Assembly (NCBI GenBank): GCA_046327735.1
Contig: JAXLXZ010000012.1
Span: forward strand, 68,102 to 132,101
Length of the DNA: 64,000 nt
Origin: Gemmatimonadales bacterium
GTDB taxonomy: Bacteria > Gemmatimonadota > Gemmatimonadetes > Gemmatimonadales > GWC2-71-9
Direction of reading: 5' to 3'
Positions 35,758-46,238 of the stretch are shown in pieces. The translations under genes were made by a program, and so were the position numbers. The notes beneath the pieces were generated by a model. That model searched no databases and had not been told where the DNA came from. It saw only the letters and a list, made by a program, of their open reading frames with translations. Positions within the stretch are counted from its first letter, which is position 1. The number at the start of each line of letters is the position of its first letter.

Positions 35758-36366
35758 ATGGCTAAGCACAATGATGACTGGGGTTTCGGTGAACTGTTCG
35801 AAGGGGTGATGGGGTTCGCGGACTGGGGCCGACAGCATCGGAATCGCTGGCAGGGTGGGCCCCGGCGCCGCGCCCAGATGTTCGAGGCGGGGGAGATCCG
35901 GCTGGTGATTCTCCGCCTGCTGAAGGAGCAGCCCCGCCACGGCTACGACATCATCAAGGCCCTGGAAGAGCGGATGGCCGGGTGCTACACCCCCTCCGCC
36001 GGGACCGTCTACCCGACGCTCCAGCTGCTGGAGGATCAGGGCCTGGTGCGCGCCGAGGAGCGGGACGGCAAGCGGGTCTACTTCATCACCCCCGCCGGCG
36101 AGGCACTGCTCGAGGAGCGCCGCAGCGAACTGGATGAGATCATCGATCGGGTGCGGGAGACGGTGCGCGATTACACCGGGGGAGCCATGGGCGACCTGAA
36201 CCGTGCCTTCGGCCACCTCGCCTCACGCACCTTCCGCGAAGCCTTTCGCCGCGGGGCCGGTGATCCCGCCGTTCGGCGCGTGGCCGAGATTCTCCGCCGG
36301 ACGACCGAGGAGATTGAACGGGAGTGGCAGGCGGCCACTCGCCCCTCCGCCGAGGCTGAGACATGA
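35758..36366 (+). CDS. PadR family transcriptional regulator (long form with C-terminal domain)
   Basis: RLVILRLLKEQPRHGYDIIKALEERMAGCYTPSAGTVYPTLQLLEDQGLV is a canonical PadR wHTH. Confidence 0.9.
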   Translation: MAKHNDDWGFGELFEGVMGFADWGRQHRNRWQGGPRRRAQMFEAGEIRLVILRLLKEQPRHGYDIIKALEERMAGCYTPSAGTVYPTLQLLEDQGLVRAEERDGKRVYFITPAGEALLEERRSELDEIIDRVRETVRDYTGGAMGDLNRAFGHLASRTFREAFRRGAGDPAVRRVAEILRRTTEEIEREWQAATRPSAEAET

Positions 36367-36623
36367 ACGTCACCGGAATGCTGGCGCTGATTTTCGCGTT
36401 CGTGCTCGTGATGAATGTGCTGAAGCAGGGGAGGATCGGCCGGCGCCGCTATCAGCTGCGCTTCGGCGGCACGGAGATGAGCGGCGAGGAGCTGGCCGAC
36501 ATCGAGCGGCGGCTAGCCAGCGTGGAGCAACTGGAGAACCGGGTGCTCGAGCTCGAGAACCGGCTCGATTTTGCCGAGCGGCTGCTGACCAGCCGCACGG
36601 GGCAGGGGAGCGAGGCGCCGTAG
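36363..36623 (+). CDS. Small membrane protein with coiled-coil tail (hypothetical)
   Basis: The ATG overlaps the padR stop (ATGA). It has one TM segment (MLALIFAFVLVMNVL) followed by the heptad-like LADIERRLASVEQLENRVLELENRLDFAERLL. Confidence 0.6.
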   Translation: MNVTGMLALIFAFVLVMNVLKQGRIGRRRYQLRFGGTEMSGEELADIERRLASVEQLENRVLELENRLDFAERLLTSRTGQGSEAP

Positions 36624-36646
36624 CCGGCGCAGGAGTCTCGAGACAC

Positions 36647-36677
36647 GAACGGGCGACCCTGGACGGGTCGCCCGTTC
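36647..36677. terminator. Bidirectional hairpin terminator between convergent small gene and def
   Basis: gaacgggcgaccc (36647-36659), loop tggac, then gggtcgcccgttc (36665-36677), giving a 13-bp stem followed by tcgttgtgtg. Confidence 0.65.
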
Positions 36678-36701
36678 TCGTTGTGTGTCCCACTGCCCGC
36701 G

Positions 36702-37274
36702 TCAGATGAGGCCGGGAAGCGGGGCGGCGTAATGGGCGGTCCGGGGCTCGGGCTCACCGTACCGGCCCTCGCTCGCATGCTGGCGATTCCACTCTTCCCG
36801 GAGGCAGAACGGGTCGAGGCCGTGCGGCCGGTCGACCGCGAGGACACCATCGAGGTGATCGATCTCGTGCTGGATCAGTTCCGCCCGGTCGCGCTCCAGC
36901 TCGGTGGTGTGCCACTCCCCCTTGGGATCCTGGTACCGCACCGCCACCCGGTAGGCTCGTGACACCCGGACCAGCAGCGCGGGAAAGCTGAAGCAGTCGT
37001 CCCAGACCGTGAAGTCCTCGTTGCCGACGTCGACAATCTCCGGATTGATCAGCGGCCAGGGCTTGTCCATTTCCACGTAGACGATCCGCACCGGGGCGCC
37101 AATCTGCGGCGCGGCAATCGCCCGGCCGTAGCCGAACCGGGACTGGAAATCCCGCAGCGTCTCCCGCAGGTCATCCAGGATCACCCGCACCGCGGTGGAG
37201 CCGGGCTTCGCGATCGGCTCACACCGGGCCCGCAGGATCGGGTCCCCCAGCATACGAATTCGATGAATAGTCAT
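36702..37274 (-). CDS. def: Peptide deformylase
   Basis: The three PDF motifs are present: GRAIAAPQIG (GxGxAAxQ), a C-containing DDCFSFP (EGCLS-like) and QHEIDHLDG (HExxH). Confidence 0.92.
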   Translation of the reverse strand: MTIHRIRMLGDPILRARCEPIAKPGSTAVRVILDDLRETLRDFQSRFGYGRAIAAPQIGAPVRIVYVEMDKPWPLINPEIVDVGNEDFTVWDDCFSFPALLVRVSRAYRVAVRYQDPKGEWHTTELERDRAELIQHEIDHLDGVLAVDRPHGLDPFCLREEWNRQHASEGRYGEPEPRTAHYAAPLPGLI

Positions 37275-37478
37275 GCCTTGGCCTGCTCCAGAAGAGTGTC
37301 ATTTGGACCGAGCCAATCTTGTGCATGGGTCCCGGGGCCACAATAGGCTCTCTTGCCGCCATTGTTCTGGAGTAGTGTATGCTACTACTTATAGCAGTCG
37401 CCAAACCTTCGACAAGATGCTCTGCATGCCATTGCGAAAGAAGGGTTTATGAATTTGCGCCAATAGTCTGGTATTTAG

Positions 37479-37507
37479 TTGACAAAGGGGATACCTGCCC
37501 GTAGGAT
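37479..37507 (+). promoter_or_regulatory. Putative sufR/suf operon promoter (near-leaderless)
   Basis: TTGACA (37479-37484), a 17-nt spacer, then TAGGAT (37502-37507). The sufR ATG at 37517 is only 10 nt past the -10 and has no Shine-Dalgarno. Confidence 0.45.
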
Positions 37508-37516
37508 TCCGCCCCT

Positions 37517-38229
37517 ATGGGTGTCTCGATCTCCGAACTCGCTGATCTCCCGCTACCTCCCGCCTACAAGGGTCCGCGCGGTGCGATCCTGGTCGCGCTC
37601 AAGCGTGCCGGTTCGCTGACGGCCCGGGAACTCGGGGAACAGCTCGGTCTCTCCTCCAACGCCATCCGGCACCACCTGCGGGAACTCGAGACCGATGGGG
37701 TCATCGCCTACCGGCGGGAGCAGCGCGGCGTTGGAGCACCGACCTACGCGTGGCACCTGAGCCCGTCGGGCGAGGCGCTGTTCCCCCAGCGGTACAAGGA
37801 ACTGCTGACCGAGGTCCTCGAGCGGGTGGCGGAACAGGCCGGGCGGCAGGCCGTTGTGTCGGCCTTCCAGGATCGCTTCGCCGACCTGTCCCGGCGCCTG
37901 CAGGCCGAGCTCTCCGACGCTCCCCCCAGCCGTCGCATGGATGTGGTGCTGCGCGCGCTGCACGAAGGCGGGTACATGGCGGAGTGGCGCAAGGAGGATG
38001 GCGGCTTGCGCCTGGCCGAGCACAACTGCGCCATCCGGGCCTTGGCCGAGCGCTTTCCCGAGATCTGCGAAGCGGAAGCGAAGTTCCTCTCTGATGTGCT
38101 GGCGGCGGCGGTCGAGCGTGAGGCGCACATGCTCGAAGGCTGTGCCGCGTGCGAATACAGCGTGCGGTTTCCCGAGCGGGAGCCGCTGACGCCCCTCAAC
38201 CTGGGCCGGTCGGCCCGCGAGGAGCAGGC

Positions 38230-38233
<4 letters not shown>
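37517..38233 (+). CDS. sufR: SufR-like ArsR/DeoR-type wHTH regulator with C-terminal Cys cluster
   Basis: It has an N-terminal wHTH ([30 protein letters not shown]). C-terminal cysteines ([27 protein letters not shown]) are compatible with Fe-S sensing. It sits directly upstream of sufB and overlaps it (ATGA). Confidence 0.8.
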
Positions 38234-39669
<1,436 letters not shown>

Positions 39670-39688
39670 GGCCCGCGCTCACCATTCA

Positions 39689-40455
<767 letters not shown>

Positions 40456-40459
<4 letters not shown>

Positions 40460-41760
40460 CCACCGCGTACCTGCAGGACTTCGAGCAGTCGCTCGCGGTC
40501 GCTCCCCGCACCGGGTGGCTCGAGGAGCTCCGCCGGAAGGGCCGGGAGGCCTTCGCCCGGACCGGGCTTCCCACCACCCGCGACGAGGACTGGCGCTTCA
40601 ATACCCTGGCGCCGCTGGCGAGCGCCGAGTTCCGGCTCGCGCCGGCCGACGCCACGGTGAAGGTGGAGGCCCTCGCGCCCTTCCTTCTCGGCCTCGAGGG
40701 AGCCAGCACCCTCGTGTTCGTGAACGGGCGGTTTGCCCCCGGGCTCTCGACCCTGCCGGCTGCCACCACCGGTGTGACCGTGGCGAACCTCGCCGCCGCC
40801 GTGATCGATCAGGGCGACACGATCCGCCGTCATCTCGGACACTATGAGCCGGTCTCAAAGGGCGGCTTCTCGGCCCTTAACGCTGCCTTCATCCACGATG
40901 GGCTATATGTCCACGTCGCTGCGGGCGCCGACGCCGGTGCTCCGATTCACGCCATCTACGTGACCAGCGGGCGCGGCGCGGGTGCCGCGAGCCACCTGCG
41001 GAACCTGATCGTGGTTGAGCCGGGTGCGCGCGCGGCGGTCATCGAGAGCTACGTCGGATTGACGGGGGATTCCTACCTGACCACCGCCGTGACCGAGGCG
41101 ATGGTGGGTGCGGGAGCGTTCCTGGAGCACAGCAAGATCCAGCGCGAAAGCGAGCAGGCATACCACGTGGGCACCACCCATCTCCACCAGGACCAGGACA
41201 GCCGGAGCGAGTCCTTCGCCATCAGCTTTGGCGGGGCGCTCTGCCGCAACAACCTGGACATGGTGCTCGATGGCCCCGGCGTCGACAGCCAGCTCTTCGG
41301 GATGTACATGGGACGTGGCCGCCAGGAGCTCGACAACCACACGTCGATCCTCCACGCCCACCCCAACTGCTCCACCCGCGAGGTCTACAAGGGCATCCTC
41401 GGTGACAACGCGCACGGGATCTTCAACGGCAAGATCTACGTGACGCCCGAAGCCCAGAAGACCGACGCGAAGCAGACCAACCGGGCTCTCCTGCTTTCGG
41501 AGACCGCCCGGATCGATACCAAGCCCCAGCTCGAGATCTTCGCCGACGACGTGAAGTGCACCCACGGCGCCACGGTCGGCAGCCTCGACCCGCTCGCCCT
41601 CTTCTACCTGAAGAGTCGCGGAATCGGTGGCGTCGAGGCGCGGAAGCTCCTGACCTACGCCTTCGCGGCCGAGGTCCTCGAGGAGATTCCCCACGAGCCG
41701 GTCCGCGCCCAGCTCGAAGCCCTGGTCCTGAGCCGGCTGGAGCGCCTCGGCGAGGCCTGA
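40456..41760 (+). CDS. sufD: Fe-S cluster assembly protein SufD
   Basis: C-terminal beta-helix motifs GIFNGKIYV, QKTDAKQTNRALLLS, PQLEIFADDVKCTHGATVG and FYLKSRGI. The GTG at 40456 overlaps the sufC stop (GTGA); the ORF is open from 40429. Confidence 0.93.
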
Positions 41761-43004
41761 TGACGACCCTCCCCGCGATCGGCACCGAGTTCGACGTCGC
41801 CGGGATCCGGCGCGAGTTCCCGGTCCTGCGCACGCTGGTCCAGGGGAAGCCCCTCGTCTACCTCGACAACGGCGCGACCAGCCAGAAGCCTCGCAGCGTG
41901 GTCGAGGCCGAGGCCGATTTCGCGCTCCTCGCGAGCGCCAACGTGCACCGCGGTGTCCATACCCTCAGCTTCCAGGCAACCGAGCGGTTCGACGAGGCGC
42001 GAGTGGAGGTACAGCGCTTCCTGGGCGCCAAGGCCCCCGAGGAGATCGTCTTCACCTCCGGGACCACCGCGGCGATCAACCTCCTTGCGCTGAGCCTCGC
42101 ACGGGCGAGGATCGGCGCCGGCGACGAGATCCTCGTCACCGAGATGGAACACCACTCCAATCTCATCCCCTGGCAGCTGGCGGCCCGGGCCAGCGGGGCG
42201 ACCATACGCGCCATCCCGGTCACCGAGGGGGGCGACCTCGATCTCTCCGGGCTGGACTCCCTCCTGACCCGGCGGACCAGGGTGGTGGCGCTGACCCACG
42301 TCTCCAATGTGCTCGGGACGGTGAACCCGGTGCGGGTGATCGCCGACCGGGCGCATGCCGTGGGGGCGCTGGTGGTGGTGGATGGTGCCCAGGCGGTTCC
42401 GCACCTTCCGGTCGACGTTGAAGCGCTGGGCGCCGACTTCTACGCCGCCTCGGCGCACAAGATGTTCGGCCCGACCGGCATCGGCTTTCTCTACGGACGC
42501 TCCCACCTGCTCGAGGAGCTGCCGCCGGTGTTCGGCGGTGGAGGCATGATCAGCCGGGTCACCATCGATTCCTGCACCTTTGCTCCGGTACCGGAGCGAT
42601 TCGAGGCGGGCACGCCGCCCATCTCCCAGGCGGTCGGCCTGGCTGCCGCGATCCGGTGGATGCGGGGCCTCGACTGGAGCCAGGTGGTAGCCCACGAGGC
42701 CGAGCTGGTGAACTACGCCGCCGACCAGCTGGCGTCGGTGCCGGGGATTCGGGTGATCGGTAGCCCCGCCGAGCGGGTTGGTGTCGTGTCGTTCACGATG
42801 GAGCAGGCCCACCCGCATGACATCGGGACCGTGCTGGACAGCCACGGAGTTGCGGTCCGGGCGGGGCATCACTGTGCCCAGCCGCTGATGGACCGCTTCG
42901 GTGTGCCGGCGACGGTCCGGGCATCCTTCGCGCTCTATAACACCCGTGCCGAGGTCGATGCCCTGGTGGAGGCGGTGCACGACGTGCACCGGATCTTCGG
43001 CTGA
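41760..43004 (+). CDS. sufS: Cysteine desulfurase SufS (class II)
   Basis: YLDNGATSQKP, HHSNLIPWQ, SAHKMFGPTGIGFLYG (PLP-Lys) and RAGHHCAQPL (catalytic Cys). The start overlaps the sufD stop by 1 nt. Confidence 0.96.
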   Translation: MTTLPAIGTEFDVAGIRREFPVLRTLVQGKPLVYLDNGATSQKPRSVVEAEADFALLASANVHRGVHTLSFQATERFDEARVEVQRFLGAKAPEEIVFTSGTTAAINLLALSLARARIGAGDEILVTEMEHHSNLIPWQLAARASGATIRAIPVTEGGDLDLSGLDSLLTRRTRVVALTHVSNVLGTVNPVRVIADRAHAVGALVVVDGAQAVPHLPVDVEALGADFYAASAHKMFGPTGIGFLYGRSHLLEELPPVFGGGGMISRVTIDSCTFAPVPERFEAGTPPISQAVGLAAAIRWMRGLDWSQVVAHEAELVNYAADQLASVPGIRVIGSPAERVGVVSFTMEQAHPHDIGTVLDSHGVAVRAGHHCAQPLMDRFGVPATVRASFALYNTRAEVDALVEAVHDVHRIFG

Positions 43005-43435
43005 TGTCGGACACCCGAGAGCTCTACCAGCTGGTCATCCTCGACCACAACAAGTCGCCCCGGAACTTCCGGACCATGGAGGGTGCCGATCGCGAGGTCG
43101 AGGGCTACAACCCGATGTGTGGCGACCAGCTCAAGGTCTGGCTCAAGCTGGATGGCGACCGGATCGCCGACGTGAGTTTTCACGGCTCGGGGTGCGCCAT
43201 CTCGAAGGCGTCCGCGTCGCTCATGACCACGGCGGTCATGGGGAAGACGCGGGAGGAGGCCCGGCGGCTGTTCGAGGGATTTCACCACATGCTGACCAGC
43301 GAAGAGGGGAGCGCGGAAGGTCTTCCCTCCAAGCTTGCGGTGTTCGCCGGGGTGCGGGAATTCCCGATGCGGGTGAAGTGCGCCACCCTCTCGTGGCACG
43401 CCCTGAAGAGCGCGCTGGAGCCGACGGAGTCCTGA
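43004..43435 (+). CDS. sufU: SufU/IscU-like Fe-S assembly sulfur-transfer protein
   Basis: NPMCGD, HGSGCAIS and KCATLSWHAL give the three conserved Cys of the SufU/NifU-N family. The ATG overlaps the sufS stop. Confidence 0.92.
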   Translation: MSDTRELYQLVILDHNKSPRNFRTMEGADREVEGYNPMCGDQLKVWLKLDGDRIADVSFHGSGCAISKASASLMTTAVMGKTREEARRLFEGFHHMLTSEEGSAEGLPSKLAVFAGVREFPMRVKCATLSWHALKSALEPTES

Positions 43436-43492
43436 GTCGATTCATGGCGGAGCCACATTTCTCCGCCGACTGTTCCCAAGGAGATTGCAAGC

Positions 43493-43927
43493 ATGCCGTA
43501 TGATCCGAGAATGGTGCAGCCGATGCGGGATGAGCTCACCCGCCTGGGCGTGAAGGAACTTCGCACGGTGGCGGACGTGGATTCCGCCCTGGGAGATGCG
43601 CGCGGCACCACGCTGGTGTTCGTCAATTCCGTGTGCGGGTGCGCCGCGGGCAGTGCCCGTCCCGGGCTGGCCCTGGCCCTGCAGCATCGCAACAAGCCGC
43701 AGCAGGTGACCACCGTCTTCGCGGGACAGGACCTCGATGCGACGGCGCGGGCCCGCCAGTACTTCAGCGACTACGCCCCCAGCAGTCCCTCGATCGCGGT
43801 GTTCCGGGATGGCGAGGTGGTTCACTTCGTCCACCGCCACATGATCGAGGGCCGCTCGCCCCAGCAGATCGCCCAGGACCTGGCCGAGGCGTTCGACAAG
43901 CACTGCGCGACGGCGGCCGCGAGCTGA
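43493..43927 (+). CDS. Bacilliredoxin-like (BrxA/BrxB, YphP/YqiW DUF1094 family) thiol-disulfide oxidoreductase
   Basis: MPYDPRMVQPMRDELT..GV.EL, then LVFVNSVCGCAAG with the CGC active-site motif, about 144 aa in total. A good RBS (aaggaga) lies upstream. Confidence 0.8.
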   Translation: MPYDPRMVQPMRDELTRLGVKELRTVADVDSALGDARGTTLVFVNSVCGCAAGSARPGLALALQHRNKPQQVTTVFAGQDLDATARARQYFSDYAPSSPSIAVFRDGEVVHFVHRHMIEGRSPQQIAQDLAEAFDKHCATAAAS

Positions 43928-44211
43928 TGTCCGGCCACGTCTTTCATCCCGGTCACTCGGAGCTCCACGGGATCACCGTGGTGCTCGAGACCGGAGACGC
44001 CCTGTACGTCGGCCGGTATCACGAGGAGACCGAGAAGGGGGTACTCCTGCATGATGTCGCCGAGTGCCGGGATCCCGCGGGGAAGGCGGAGTTCGTGCGC
44101 AAGACGCTGAAGTTCGGAGTGCGCGCCGAGCACCGGCACGTCGTCGTTCCGGCGGCGCAGGTGCGTCGGGTGGTCCGGCTGGTGGACTGGGAGGGCGCCC
44201 CCACCGGCTGA
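43927..44211 (+). CDS. Hypothetical 94-aa protein, last gene of the suf cluster
   Basis: The ATG overlaps the upstream TGA by 1 nt. It has balanced composition (GITVVLETGDALYVGRYHEETEKGVLLHDV) and is followed by a strong terminator. No family recognised. Confidence 0.6.
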   Translation: MSGHVFHPGHSELHGITVVLETGDALYVGRYHEETEKGVLLHDVAECRDPAGKAEFVRKTLKFGVRAEHRHVVVPAAQVRRVVRLVDWEGAPTG

Positions 44212-44236
44212 GCTGCGGGTGGTGGGAGGGGTGGTA

Positions 44237-44269
44237 GCGGGGCCGGGAAATCCGGCCCCGCTTTTTTTT
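44237..44269. terminator. Rho-independent terminator (bidirectional position) ending the suf operon
   Basis: gcggggccgg (44237-44246), loop gaaat, ccggccccgc (44252-44261), followed by T8 (44262-44269). The stop codon of the convergent ferredoxin gene abuts the T-tract. Confidence 0.85.
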
Positions 44270-44484
44270 CAGGGCCAGGCCTGCTCGCCCTCTTCATCGA
44301 TCAGGGTGATCGCATCCACCGGGCAGGCCCGCGCGGCGTCGAGGATCCGCTTCTTCCTGGCGCCTTCGGGGTCGGTGACCACGCAGAGTTCGTCGTCATC
44401 CAGCTCGAACACCGTGGGGGCGAGCGAGACGCATTCGGCGTTGCTCTCGCAGAGCTCGCGGTTGACCAGGATCCGGTACGCCAT
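44269..44484 (-). CDS. Small single-cluster ferredoxin (71 aa)
   Basis: MAYRILVNRELCESNAECVSLAPTVFELDDDELCVV...ARACPVDAI has the CxxxxxC...CP pattern of Fer4_13/15-type ferredoxins. The internal ATG at 44484 was chosen. Confidence 0.82.
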   Translation of the reverse strand: MAYRILVNRELCESNAECVSLAPTVFELDDDELCVVTDPEGARKKRILDAARACPVDAITLIDEEGEQAWP

Positions 44485-44583
44485 GAGTGCGGGTCCCTCC
44501 TCAGGCGGAGAGGTGTCGATGGCACCGCAGGGAGACCGCTCATCAAATAGCCGACGACCAGCCGGCGGGCAAGACAAGGAAAC

Positions 44584-44612
44584 TTGACAGGCTGTAAAGC
44601 ACGCTTTACATT
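44584..44612 (+). promoter_or_regulatory. Putative promoter with embedded inverted repeat (operator candidate for the downstream XRE regulator)
   Basis: TTGACA (44584-44589), a 17-nt spacer, then TACATT (44607-44612). The inverted repeat tgtaaagc-ac-gctttaca (44593-44610) fills the spacer. Confidence 0.55.
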
Positions 44613-44642
44613 GCCACTCCACCATCTCGGCGAGGGTCTGGC

Positions 44643-45026
44643 GTGCATGTCAGGTACCGGGCGGCGCTCGCGGCAGTGACCGCGGCCCTGCTGCAAGTCG
44701 GGTCGCGGATCGTGCTGGAGCATGGCGCCTTCGGGTTGGGCGCCCGGGTTCTGCTGTCACTGCTGCCGGTGGCCGTGATGGGGCTGTTCTGTGTGTTCGC
44801 GGTGCAGATCGTCCGGAGCTTCGATGAACTGGAAACCCGGATTCACCTGGAGGGGGCGCTGTTCAGCCTGCTCGGGACGGCACTCGCCACCATGGGCGCG
44901 GGTGTCCTCACGCGCGAAGGGCTCCTGCCGACGCTGTCTCTTGGCCTCGCCTGGCCCTGGCTGTGGTCGCTTGCCTTTTTCCTCTGGGGCATCGGGTGCC
45001 TGGTGGCGGGGGCCCGGTACCGGTGA
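44643..45026 (+). CDS. Hypothetical integral membrane protein (4 TM)
   Basis: A 127-aa hydrophobic ORF with a GTG start. Its stop overlaps the GTG of the XRE regulator gene (GTGA). Confidence 0.6.
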   Translation: MHVRYRAALAAVTAALLQVGSRIVLEHGAFGLGARVLLSLLPVAVMGLFCVFAVQIVRSFDELETRIHLEGALFSLLGTALATMGAGVLTREGLLPTLSLGLAWPWLWSLAFFLWGIGCLVAGARYR

Positions 45027-45214
45027 AGAACCGGTTGCGCGAGCTGCGGGCGGAGCAATTCTGGTCGCAGGGTGACCTGGCCATGCGGCTCAAGGTGTCC
45101 CGCCAGACGGTGAACGCCATCGAGACCGGCCGGTACGATCCCAGCCTCCCGCTCGCCTTCACCATCGCCAAACTCTTCGGTCGTCGCATCGAAGAGATCT
45201 TCCTGCCCGAATGA
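45023..45214 (+). CDS. Small XRE/Cro-type HTH transcriptional regulator (63 aa)
   Basis: VKNRLRELRAEQFWSQGDLAMRLKVSRQTVNAIETGRYDPSLPLAFTIAKLFGRRIEEIF matches the very widespread short HTH_XRE family (QTINAIExGKYxPSLxLAxKIA). Confidence 0.9.
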   Translation: MKNRLRELRAEQFWSQGDLAMRLKVSRQTVNAIETGRYDPSLPLAFTIAKLFGRRIEEIFLPE

Positions 45215-45284
45215 TCACCTTTGAAACATCCGGTTCAGAGCGGGCGTACGCCGCTCGATTCACCCTCCCCTACCCAGGAGTGTT

Positions 45285-46238
45285 ATGACGTCACCCGTCG
45301 TTGTTCTCGACCGGGTCACGAAGCGGTACTCCGGCCACACCGCGGTTCGCGGGCTTTCGATGGAGGTCCCACGCGGGGGCATCTTCGGCCTCCTCGGGCC
45401 GAATGGCGCCGGCAAGAGCACCACGATCCGCATGATGCTCAGCATCATCACCCCCGACGAGGGCCGCATCGCGCTGCTCGGGACGGGAGGTTCCGCCCGC
45501 GCTCTCTCCGCTCGGATCGGCTACCTGCCCGAGGAGCGCGGGCTCTATCCCAAGATGCGGGTGCTCGATCACCTCGCGTTCCTGGCGGAGTGCAAAGGCA
45601 TTTCCCGCTGGGACGCCCGCAAGCGCGCCAAGGCATGGCTCGAGCGCCTGGGTCTGGGCGACTGGACCCAGCGCAAGGTGTCCGACCTCTCCAAGGGCAT
45701 GCAGCAGAAGGTGCAGTTTGCCGGGGCGCTCCAGCATGAGCCGGAACTGGTGATCCTGGACGAACCCTTCAGCGGACTGGATCCCGTCAACAGCCAGGTG
45801 ATGCGGGATGTGGTTGTCGAGGTGGCCCGAAGCGGCCGCACGGTGGTCTTCTCCACCCACATCATGGAGCAGGCGGAGAAGATGTGCGACCGGATCGTGA
45901 TCATCGCCCGGGGGGAGAAGATCGTGGATGGCACCCTCGCCCAGGTGAAGGGCGACTTCGGCAAGAGCCATGTGGCCCTCACCTTCACGCGGAACGCCGC
46001 CAACGCCCGCGCGATCCTGGCTGACCGCGCGCTGGTGGCCTCGGCGGACGACGCCGGCGCCACGGCCGAGGTCCAGCTCGCGGACGGCGTGGAGGCCGAG
46101 GTGCTGCTGAAGGCCCTGGTCCAGGCCGATATCGGGCTCTCGCGGTTCGAAGTGGTCGAGCCGTCGCTGCAATCCATCTTCATCGCCAAGGTCGGGGCCG
46201 ACGCTGCGACCCCCTCGGCGCGGGCGGAGGTCGCATGA
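45285..46238 (+). CDS. ABC transporter ATP-binding protein (ABC-2 / NatA-like exporter subfamily)
   Basis: Walker A GPNGAGKST, Q-loop, signature LSKGMQQKVQF, Walker B LVILDEPFSGLD, and a C-terminal accessory domain. Confidence 0.93.
   Translation: MTSPVVVLDRVTKRYSGHTAVRGLSMEVPRGGIFGLLGPNGAGKSTTIRMMLSIITPDEGRIALLGTGGSARALSARIGYLPEERGLYPKMRVLDHLAFLAECKGISRWDARKRAKAWLERLGLGDWTQRKVSDLSKGMQQKVQFAGALQHEPELVILDEPFSGLDPVNSQVMRDVVVEVARSGRTVVFSTHIMEQAEKMCDRIVIIARGEKIVDGTLAQVKGDFGKSHVALTFTRNAANARAILADRALVASADDAGATAEVQLADGVEAEVLLKALVQADIGLSRFEVVEPSLQSIFIAKVGADAATPSARAEVA

Noticed and set aside
37219-37404. 61-aa minus-strand ORF in the def-sufR spacer
   Set aside because: It overlaps the def start region. 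It has no RBS or motifs, and its composition is inconsistent with neighbouring genes. It is treated as non-coding regulatory DNA.
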